NCBI GenBank assembly: GCA_007378985.1
Contig: VMHB01000001.1
Coordinates: forward strand, 64,252 to 128,251
Length of the DNA: 64,000 nucleotides
Reading direction: 5' to 3'
Origin: Parcubacteria group bacterium Greene0714_7
Lineage (GTDB): Bacteria; Patescibacteriota; Minisyncoccia; Phycocordibacterales; Phycocordibacteraceae
Positions 56,680 to 64,000 of this stretch are shown here, one piece after another (the stretch's first letter is position 1; each line of letters begins with the position of its first letter). A program made the translations under genes and the position numbers. The notes beneath the pieces were generated by a model, which was given only the letters and a program-made list of their open reading frames with translations, made no database searches and was not told the origin of the DNA.

Positions 56680-57531
56680 TCAAATATTTTTTCTAATTTC
56701 TCCCATGAATTCTATAATAATTCCACGAATTTCCATTTGTGTAAGAAGAACATTTGCACTTCCTGTTGTTATTCCTAATGCACGAATTAATTCATCTCGA
56801 GGCATGGGAACAGAAAGAATTTCAATCACGGACTCTTCCTCGGGAGTGAGTTCACTATTCTTTTTAATCTCTTCTTTTTTCATATCAAAGACATCAAGAA
56901 TGTCGTCTGCGTTTCGCACGGGTCTTGCCCCGAGTCCCATGAAGAGGTGCCCGCCTGCGCCTCCTTCGGAAAAAATAGAATGAGGAACGATGAGGAGTTC
57001 GCGGTTATATTCAGTAGCTAGCCTCGCGGTTATGAGCGTTCCTGATTTTAAGCCGGCTTCTATTATAAGAGTGGCATGGCTCATGCCTGCCATGATGCGA
57101 TTGCGTTTAGGGAACGTGTAGGGTGTCGCCCTCTCTTCGGGCTCCATTTCAGAGAGAAGCGCTCCACCCGCATTGATGATATCTCTTGAAAGCGTAAGAT
57201 GTGCTCGCGGATAGAGCGCCTCTTCAGAGAGTCCAGAACCAGGAACGGCAATAGTGTGTAGTCCTACGGTGAGTGCCGCTTTGTGGGCGACGCCATCAAT
57301 GCCAAGGGCAAGTCCTGAAACTATAGAAATAGGGTATCCAGCAAGGCCTTGGATTAAATACTCACAAGCGTCTTGCCCATACCTACTCATACGCCTTGAT
57401 CCTACAACTGCAAGAAGTTTTGTTTCGGGTGGTGGCAATACTCCTCGTAAATAGAGTGTTTCAGGCGGATCATTGATTTCAGAAAGAAGTGCTGGGAAGT
57501 TTTGTGGTTTGAGTTTTTTGATTTCAACCAT
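56680..57531 (-). CDS. dprA: DNA-processing protein DprA (Smf)
   Basis: Rossmann-like core LLAVVGSRRMSRYG...SGLALGIDGVAHKAAL. Confidence 0.85.
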   Translation of the reverse strand: MVEIKKLKPQNFPALLSEINDPPETLYLRGVLPPPETKLLAVVGSRRMSRYGQDACEYLIQGLAGYPISIVSGLALGIDGVAHKAALTVGLHTIAVPGSGLSEEALYPRAHLTLSRDIINAGGALLSEMEPEERATPYTFPKRNRIMAGMSHATLIIEAGLKSGTLITARLATEYNRELLIVPHSIFSEGGAGGHLFMGLGARPVRNADDILDVFDMKKEEIKKNSELTPEEESVIEILSVPMPRDELIRALGITTGSANVLLTQMEIRGIIIEFMGEIRKNI

Positions 57532-57559
57532 CGTGTTACTATTTTAACTCAGAGGTGTG

Positions 57560-57617
57560 TGTTTTGGATTTGTTCTCCTCTCTAAACGCTATCCCCTAAA
57601 CCCTAACCCTTATTCCC
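57560..57617. repeat. Heptamer-repeat leader ctctaaa cgctatc ccctaaa ccctaac ccttatt ccc|ATG abutting serS
   Basis: Read directly. Confidence 0.5.
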
Positions 57618-58901
57618 ATGTTGGACATCAAATTCATTCAAGATAATCCCGATATAGTTCGTTCAGCGATTGTGAATAAAAAAGGGAAGCCTGTTGATAT
57701 TGACGAGGTGTTGAAGTTGCACGAAGAGCGTAAGAGCGTGAAGCAAAGAATCGAAGAGGTGAATCGCAAAAGAAATGAAGCAGCTTCTACACGAGATATT
57801 GAGACAGGCAAACTCCTTAAAGAAGAGCTCCAAGCACTTGAAGCCCGCCATGGAGCATTAGAGAAAGACTTGGTCGCACTTCTTTTGAAGATCCCCAACA
57901 TTCCTTCACCCGATACACCTATTGGTGCAAGTGAGGATGAAAATGTGGTGCTCCGTGAAGTTGGTGAAAAGCGAAGCTTCGGTCCTTTTTCTCCACGACA
58001 ACACTTTGAAATAGGGAGTGATTTAGGCATCATAAATTCTGAAAAGGCAGGGGTGGTTTCTGGTGCTCGTTTTGCTTACCTCATGGGGGATCTTGCGCTC
58101 ATGCAATTCGGACTTCTTAATCTTGCAATGAAGGTTCTTACCGATGAAGATATTTTGAAAGGGGTCATTGAGCGTGCTGGTTTAAAGGTCTCTTCAAAGC
58201 CTTTCATTCCTGTTATTCCTCCTTATATGGTGCGCTCAGCCGTGATGAACAGAATGGCGCGCCTCGACCCTATAGATGAGCGGTACTACTTTGAGAAAGA
58301 CGATGAGGTCTTGATTGGTAGCGCAGAGCATACTCTGGGGCCTATCCATATGGACGAGGTTATTCCTGAAGAAATGTTGCCTATTCGTTATGTGGGGTAT
58401 TCGCCGTCATTCCGCAGAGAGGCCGGTTCTTATGGCAAAGATACTCGTGGGCTCATTCGCATGCATCACTTCGATAAAGTGGAAATGGAAACATTCACGA
58501 AGCCAGAAGAAGGGTACCAAGAGCAGGATTTTATGGTGGCACTTCAGGAACATTTTTTACAACTTCTCGGTTTGCCATATCAGGTAATTTCAATTTGCAC
58601 CGCAGATATGGGCTTTCCCGATCAAAGGCAGTTTGATATGAACACGTGGATGCCAGGGCAGGGCGCATACCGCGAAACCCATACCTCAGACTACATGGGC
58701 GGTTTTCAAGCTCGTCGCTTAAATACTAGAACAAAGCGCGCTGACGGTGCTATGGAATTTGTACATATGAATGATGCAACACTCGTAGCAATGGGGCGCA
58801 CTCTCGCCGCTATTCTTGAAAACTATCAGGAATCAAATGGCACAGTTCGTGTTCCAAAAGTTCTTCAGCAATACGTGGGGAAGGATATACTGAAGACTTA
58901 A
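57618..58901 (+). CDS. serS: Serine--tRNA ligase
   Basis: N-terminal coiled-coil arm and class II motifs; 427 aa. Confidence 0.9.
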   Translation: MLDIKFIQDNPDIVRSAIVNKKGKPVDIDEVLKLHEERKSVKQRIEEVNRKRNEAASTRDIETGKLLKEELQALEARHGALEKDLVALLLKIPNIPSPDTPIGASEDENVVLREVGEKRSFGPFSPRQHFEIGSDLGIINSEKAGVVSGARFAYLMGDLALMQFGLLNLAMKVLTDEDILKGVIERAGLKVSSKPFIPVIPPYMVRSAVMNRMARLDPIDERYYFEKDDEVLIGSAEHTLGPIHMDEVIPEEMLPIRYVGYSPSFRREAGSYGKDTRGLIRMHHFDKVEMETFTKPEEGYQEQDFMVALQEHFLQLLGLPYQVISICTADMGFPDQRQFDMNTWMPGQGAYRETHTSDYMGGFQARRLNTRTKRADGAMEFVHMNDATLVAMGRTLAAILENYQESNGTVRVPKVLQQYVGKDILKT

Positions 58902-58908
58902 GGTCTCT

Positions 58909-59715
58909 ATGTCAAACCCGCAACAGCCAAAACTGAGTCTTCGAGAGAGGCGTCGCCGATTAGTCTGGGTGAAGGTTGCTGCTGGCAGTGCGGTTGTGGC
59001 TCTGTCGTTTATTGCAGTATGGTTTCTTGCGCGTATTCCCACAACCACAATCGCTTCAATTGAAGTGAAGGGAACCTCAATAGTTTCAGCTGATGAAGTC
59101 AAAAAACTTGTTGAAGAAAAATTGGATGGTTCATATGCCTATTGGATTCCACATAGAAACTCTTTGCTGTTTCCAAAAAGAAATATAGAGAATGCTCTAG
59201 CTCTTGCGTTCCCTCCACTTGCAAAAGTTTCCATTTCTCGAAATGGTTGGAGTGCGCTTACCGTCACTACAGAAGAGAGGGTAGCTACCGCCCTGTGGTG
59301 CGATGGCGTCACTGAATCTGAGACCTGTTACAGCATTGATAAGAATGGTTTTATTTTTGCCACCGCAACAGACGCCACACCTATGGTTCGTTTTTACGGC
59401 GCACTCTCGGGCGTGCCCATTGGTAGCACTTATTTGAATGGAGGATTTGCCTCTCTCAATACCTTAGTTGCTGGTATTGCTTCATCTATACATCGCACCC
59501 CGAAAACTGTTACTGTTGATGGTGCTTCGAATGATGTTGAGCTTGCGTTCCAAGACGGTGAGGTATTGAAGTTTGTTCGCACAGTAAACCAGCAAGCAAC
59601 TCTTGAAAACATTGCCTCGGTTTTTGCATCTCAGAGTTTTAAAAAGAACAAGGATTTTGAATATGCCGATTTCCGTTTCGGTGACAAGGTGTACATAAAG
59701 TTTAAAGGGGAATAG
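58909..59715 (+). CDS. ftsQ: Cell division protein FtsQ/DivIB (POTRA domain)
   Basis: Basic N-terminus, single TM, POTRA region IEVKGTSIVSADEVKKLVEEKL. Confidence 0.65.
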   Translation: MSNPQQPKLSLRERRRRLVWVKVAAGSAVVALSFIAVWFLARIPTTTIASIEVKGTSIVSADEVKKLVEEKLDGSYAYWIPHRNSLLFPKRNIENALALAFPPLAKVSISRNGWSALTVTTEERVATALWCDGVTESETCYSIDKNGFIFATATDATPMVRFYGALSGVPIGSTYLNGGFASLNTLVAGIASSIHRTPKTVTVDGASNDVELAFQDGEVLKFVRTVNQQATLENIASVFASQSFKKNKDFEYADFRFGDKVYIKFKGE

Positions 59716-59727
59716 GGGTTAGGGTTT

Positions 59728-59759
59728 AGGCGATGCTTCATCGGATCCGAAGGGATCAT
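59728..59759. promoter_or_regulatory. Conserved two-hairpin motif, copy 3 (taggcgatgcttcatcggatccgaagggatcat), about 45 nt upstream of dus
   Basis: Same as copies 1 and 2 except that the first hairpin is gatg-ctt-catc instead of gacg-ctt-cgtc (a compensatory C/G to T/A change). Confidence 0.55.
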
Positions 59760-59804
59760 AGGAACAAGTCGCATGTAAGTTGAGTTTCGTGGTAGGCTCG
59801 CCCT

Positions 59805-60782
59805 ATGAATAGGGGATTTTGGGACAGATTATCGAAGCCGTTTTTAGTACTTGCGCCAATGGCGGATGTTACTGATGGAGCATTCCGTCGAGTAATTGCA
59901 AAGTATGGCAAACCAGACGTGATGTGGACGGAATTCGTTTCGGCAGACGGCTTGGTGCGTGCGCCCGAAGAAGGAAAGAAAAAATTGCTTGCGGATTTAA
60001 TGTATTCTGAAGAAGAGCGTCCAATAGTTGCACAGTTTTTTACAGGAAATCCTGACCACATGGAAAAAACCGCAGAGCTTGCCAGAGAGCTTGGTTTTGA
60101 TGGTATCGACATCAACATGGGGTGTCCTGACAAATCAATTGAAAAGCAAAAAGCGGGTGCCGCGATGATGAGAGATCCAATGCGCGCAAAGGCCGTTATC
60201 GAGGCAGCGATTAGAGGTGGTGGAGGACTGCCTGTTTCAGTAAAGACAAGAATCGGTTACAACAAAAACGAACTTGATGAGTGGTTGCCATACATACTTG
60301 AGACTGATGCTTCCGCAATTACTATTCATGCACGCACACGGAAAGAAATGTCGAGTGTACCTGCCAGATGGGAAGAAGTTGCTCATGCGGTGAGTATTTG
60401 TAATCGGGAGAATCCTGACGCCCTTATCTTAGGTAATGGAGACATTATTGATGTCGAAGATGCTCGGAAAAAAATAGACGAATCTGGGGCTGACGGCGCT
60501 ATGCTGGGCCGTGCCATTTTCGGCAACCCATGGCTCTTCGCCAATGTTGGGTTTACGAAACCCAACATTGGTGTTCAAGAGCAACTGAGGGTGATGGTGG
60601 AGCATACGAAACTCTATGAGGAGCTTTTGCCACACAAAAGTTTTGCGATTATGAAGAAGCATTACAAAGCGTACGTGTCGGGTTTTGATGGTGCCGCAGA
60701 GCTTCGAGGGGAACTTATGAGGGCAGAAAATGCTACAGAAGTAGCGGATGCTGTGGACAGGTTCTTTACTTCAGTCGGTTAG
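59805..60782 (+). CDS. tRNA-dihydrouridine synthase
   Basis: LAPMADVTDGAFRRV FMN-binding N-terminus and a TIM-barrel pattern. Confidence 0.85.
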   Translation: MNRGFWDRLSKPFLVLAPMADVTDGAFRRVIAKYGKPDVMWTEFVSADGLVRAPEEGKKKLLADLMYSEEERPIVAQFFTGNPDHMEKTAELARELGFDGIDINMGCPDKSIEKQKAGAAMMRDPMRAKAVIEAAIRGGGGLPVSVKTRIGYNKNELDEWLPYILETDASAITIHARTRKEMSSVPARWEEVAHAVSICNRENPDALILGNGDIIDVEDARKKIDESGADGAMLGRAIFGNPWLFANVGFTKPNIGVQEQLRVMVEHTKLYEELLPHKSFAIMKKHYKAYVSGFDGAAELRGELMRAENATEVADAVDRFFTSVG

Positions 60783-60897
60783 CCATGTAGACTACTTTTA
60801 ATTTGAGTATGCAGAACCGCTTCAAGCTTCATTCTCTCAAAAAAAGGGAAATAATTTCCTCAAAAATCCTCCATTCATTGGAGGATTTTTTCTATAT

Positions 60898-61953
60898 ATG
60901 AAACTTATCCTCGCAGACAAAACAGTTATAGAAGGGAAGAGTTTTGGTGCAGATGTTTCTGCAACCGGTGAAGTTGTTTTCAATACAGGAATGGTTGGCT
61001 ATGTTGAAACACTCACTGACCCTTCATATCAAGGACAAATTTTAGTTTTGACCTATCCACTCGTAGGCAATTATGGTGTTCCCGATCCCGAATTTTTTGA
61101 ATCAACTGGCATCCACATTTCAGGACTTGTCGTGAGTGAATACAGTGAGACATACTCAAGTGCATCTGCAAAGCAGTCGCTTGCTTCATGGCTTAAAAAA
61201 TCTGGCATTCCTGCAATCTCGGGTGTTGATACACGAGCACTCACGAAGAAGCTTCGTGAAAAAGGTGTCATGCTTGGTGGACTTGCTGTAAAAGGAAACA
61301 CTATTGCTCTCGAGGATCCAAACAAGCGAAATCTTGTTGCGGAAGTAAGTATTAAAGAAAAGCGTGAATATGGAGAGGGTCCAATAAAAATTATCGCAGT
61401 TGATTGTGGAATGAAGGAAAATATTGTCCGTTCGCTGGTGCGCCCAGGCGTCAGTGTGCTTCGTGTTCCTTGGGATTATGACTTTACGAAAGAGGAGTAT
61501 GACGGACTCTTTCTTTCAAATGGTCCGGGGGATCCAACAATGTGTGATGCCACAATTCAAAATATAAAAAATGCATTCAAAAAAGATATTCCCATTCTTG
61601 GCATATGTCTTGGTACTCAACTCATGGCTCTTGCCGCAGGTGCATCAACCTACAAACTAAAATACGGACACCGCTCTCAAAACCAACCATGTACTGATGT
61701 GAGTGTCGGTACTCGTTGCTACATCACCTCGCAAAACCATGGGTTTGCGATCAACCGAAAAACATTACCCAAAGAATGGAAAGTGTGGTTTGAAAATGCG
61801 AACGACGGCTCTGTTGAAGGTATTAAACATGGCTCTAAGCCTTGGTCTGCAGTGCAGTTTCACCCCGAAGCATCCCCTGGACCTACCGACACCGCATGGG
61901 TTTTTGATGAGTTTTTAGCCTCTGTTGCTCTCTATAAAAAGAATCATGCCTAA
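60898..61953 (+). CDS. carA: Carbamoyl-phosphate synthase small (glutaminase) subunit
   Basis: Class I GATase catalytic Cys (GICLGTQL) and the His/Glu region; 351 aa. Confidence 0.85.
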   Translation: MKLILADKTVIEGKSFGADVSATGEVVFNTGMVGYVETLTDPSYQGQILVLTYPLVGNYGVPDPEFFESTGIHISGLVVSEYSETYSSASAKQSLASWLKKSGIPAISGVDTRALTKKLREKGVMLGGLAVKGNTIALEDPNKRNLVAEVSIKEKREYGEGPIKIIAVDCGMKENIVRSLVRPGVSVLRVPWDYDFTKEEYDGLFLSNGPGDPTMCDATIQNIKNAFKKDIPILGICLGTQLMALAAGASTYKLKYGHRSQNQPCTDVSVGTRCYITSQNHGFAINRKTLPKEWKVWFENANDGSVEGIKHGSKPWSAVQFHPEASPGPTDTAWVFDEFLASVALYKKNHA

Positions 61954-64000
61954 AAACCCAAAAAAAGTTTTAATACTTGGCTCTGGAGGCCTGCGCATTG
62001 GGCAAGCAGGTGAGTTTGATTATTCAGGTTCCCAAGCAATCAAGGCACTTAAGGAAGAAGGGATTCGAACTGTTTTAATGAACCCAAACATTGCAACAGT
62101 GCAAACAGATAAAGGTCTTGCCGACTCAGTATATTTTTTGCCACTAACAGAGCACTTTGCAAAAGAAGTAATAGAAAAAGAACGCCCTGATGCAATACTT
62201 CTTGGTTTTGGTGGACAGACTGCACTCAACTTAGGTCTTCTGCTTGAAGCAAATGGAATTCTTAAGAAATATGGCGTTGAAGTTTTGGGTACACCGGTGT
62301 CAGTTATTCGCGATACGGAAGACAGAGAACTCTTCATTAAACGACTCTCAGAAATTGGTGTGGTGACGGCTCGAAGTTTTGCTGCAGAAAATATTAAAGA
62401 TGCTGTGAAAGGTGCCGCAAAGTTGAAATACCCAGTGATGATTCGCATGGGTTTCGCCTTGGGCGGTGAAGGGTCTGGATTAGTGCGAACAGAGTCGGAA
62501 CTCAAGATTCGACTCGCTGAAGCATTTCATCGAAGCCCTCAAGTTTTGATTGAAGAGTATCTCGCAGGATGGAAAGAGGTTGAGTACGAAGTGGTGCGCG
62601 ATGCCTACGACAACTGCATTGTTGTATGCAACATGGAGAACTTCGACCCGATGGGCGTTCACACAGGCGAGTCTATTGTGGTGGCGCCATCCCAGACATT
62701 AACTAATGAGGAATATCATCGCTTGCGTGAGGTGGCGATTAAAACTATTCGACACCTTGGTGTGGTGGGTGAGTGTAATATTCAATACGCACTCCACCCA
62801 GTTACTGGTGAGTACCGTGTGATTGAAGTGAACGCACGCCTCTCTCGCTCGTCTGCACTCGCTTCAAAAGCAACAGGCTATCCTCTAGCGTTTATTGCCG
62901 CAAAGCTTTCTCTCGGGCATTCTCTCCTCACACTTAAAAATGCTGTGACGCAAAAAACTAGTGCGTGTTTTGAGCCTGCGCTCGATTACTTAGTGCTCAA
63001 GATGCCACGATGGGATTTGAATAAGTTTGATGGTGCCGTCAGCTCTATCGGAACGGAAATGAAGTCAGTCGGAGAAGTCATGGCAATTGGTCGTTCTTTT
63101 GAAGAAGTGCTTCAAAAAGCAATTCGTATGCTCATGATTGGAGCGGATGGCCTTACTCTAAATAAAGGTGAAGTATTTCAAATTAAGGACTATCTAGCCG
63201 AAATTAAAAATCCAACAACACGGCGTGTCTTTGCGGTGGCAGAGGCATTACGAAGAGGTGTTTCGGTTGAAGAGATTCACAAACTCTCAGGAATCACTCA
63301 TTGGTTTTTAGACAAGATGAAAAACATTATTGATCTTGAAAAACGTTTAAAGAAAGAAACACTCACCGCTGAATTTTTGCGTCAAGTAAAGCAGGCAGGA
63401 TTTTCAGATAAACAAGTAGCGGTTATTACAGGAAAAACTGAAATGGTGGTGCGCGCACTTCGTGAAAAAAAGAATGTCACTCCAGTGGTGAAGCAAATAG
63501 ATACACTGGCAGGCGAGTTTCCTGCAAAAACAAATTACCTGTATGTGACCTACCACGGTACTGAACACGATGTCACTCCGGGCAAAAAAGGAATTGCAGT
63601 TCTTGGGAGTGGGCCGTACTCAATTGGTTCATCGGTTGAGTTTGATTGGTCGAGTGTACAAGTGCTAAAAACACTCAAAGCTGAAGGCAGGGAGACCGTG
63701 ATGATTAACTACAATCCCGAAACAGTGTCGACTGATTACGACATGTCGGACCGATTGTACTTTGAAGAGCTTTCTTTAGAGCGTGTACTCGACATTGTGC
63801 AGTTTGAAAAAATTAAAGGGGTGGTGATTTCAACGGGTGGGCAAGTATCAAACAATCTTGCGCTTCCGCTTCATAAAAGCGGTGTAAAAATTTTAGGAAC
63901 TACTCCTGAAAATATTGACCGTGCAGAAGACCGTCATACTTTCTCAAAGCTGTTAGATAAGCTCAATATTGATCAACCGGGATGGGCAGAACTCACGACA
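61946..64000 (+). CDS. carB: Carbamoyl-phosphate synthase large subunit (5' portion, runs off the window end)
   Basis: Start overlaps the carA stop (ATGCCTAA); translation [31 protein letters not shown]... is the CarB N-terminus; ATP-grasp motifs follow. Confidence 0.85.
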   Translation, partial: MPKNPKKVLILGSGGLRIGQAGEFDYSGSQAIKALKEEGIRTVLMNPNIATVQTDKGLADSVYFLPLTEHFAKEVIEKERPDAILLGFGGQTALNLGLLLEANGILKKYGVEVLGTPVSVIRDTEDRELFIKRLSEIGVVTARSFAAENIKDAVKGAAKLKYPVMIRMGFALGGEGSGLVRTESELKIRLAEAFHRSPQVLIEEYLAGWKEVEYEVVRDAYDNCIVVCNMENFDPMGVHTGESIVVAPSQTLTNEEYHRLREVAIKTIRHLGVVGECNIQYALHPVTGEYRVIEVNARLSRSSALASKATGYPLAFIAAKLSLGHSLLTLKNAVTQKTSACFEPALDYLVLKMPRWDLNKFDGAVSSIGTEMKSVGEVMAIGRSFEEVLQKAIRMLMIGADGLTLNKGEVFQIKDYLAEIKNPTTRRVFAVAEALRRGVSVEEIHKLSGITHWFLDKMKNIIDLEKRLKKETLTAEFLRQVKQAGFSDKQVAVITGKTEMVVRALREKKNVTPVVKQIDTLAGEFPAKTNYLYVTYHGTEHDVTPGKKGIAVLGSGPYSIGSSVEFDWSSVQVLKTLKAEGRETVMINYNPETVSTDYDMSDRLYFEELSLERVLDIVQFEKIKGVVISTGGQVSNNLALPLHKSGVKILGTTPENIDRAEDRHTFSKLLDKLNIDQPGWAELTT

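Overview
This 64 kb window looks like a chromosomal segment of a small-genome bacterium. My guess is a Candidate Phyla Radiation/Patescibacteria-like organism, based on small genes, a short IF-2, a short S1, T4SS-pilin-like paralog arrays, no obvious Shine-Dalgarno leaders, and tsaD/tsaC present while biosynthetic genes are sparse. That lineage call is inference only.

Most of the window is recognisable housekeeping. Translation: IF-2, RbfA, S1, S21, L33, Pth, SerS, MiaA, Dus, TsaC/TsaD and a HisRS-like protein. Division: FtsA, FtsZ, FtsQ. DNA metabolism: GyrA, TopA, DprA, ParB and an AlkA-like glycosylase. Stress and redox: ClpB, RelA/SpoT, TrxB, a peroxiredoxin and IscS. Also CarA/CarB, AhcY and a PfkB kinase, plus a csoR-copA copper-resistance operon with a clear palindromic operator, and an ArsR regulator whose start codon sits inside a 46-bp perfect palindrome.

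Eight tRNA genes are present (Val, Ser, Glu, Leu-TAG, Leu-TAA, Cys, Tyr, Trp, Leu-CAA) plus one 5' tRNA-Lys-like fragment. The most unusual content is non-coding. (1) Almost every tRNA is followed by direct and/or inverted partial copies of its own T-arm/acceptor 3' end. These are interleaved with a modular about 120-bp repeat unit bounded by T-loop-like inverted ends, and with a second conserved about 100-nt hairpin element. They are concentrated in an about 1.2 kb gene-free stretch (31.4-32.7 kb) and next to an AT-rich orphan gene at tRNA-Glu. (2) A about 34-nt two-hairpin motif occurs three times upstream of unrelated genes and shows one compensatory base-pair change. (3) Start codons are frequently abutted by 7-nt-periodic repeats (GCTAGAA / CCTAGAA / CCCTAAA type), often forming long imperfect hairpins. 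(4) Two families of long palindromes co-occur in intergenic regions. One is a 42-bp palindrome carrying TATAAT-like boxes on both strands. The other is an ATACCCC...GGGGTAT palindrome that resembles the CsoR box.

On the protein side, the notable locus is a solute-binding-protein-like gene followed by four paralogous two-TM T4SS-pilin-like genes and decayed paralog remnants. Elsewhere a pilin-like N-terminal domain is fused to an M15 (VanY-like) peptidoglycan peptidase. No CRISPR array, integrase or transposase was found.
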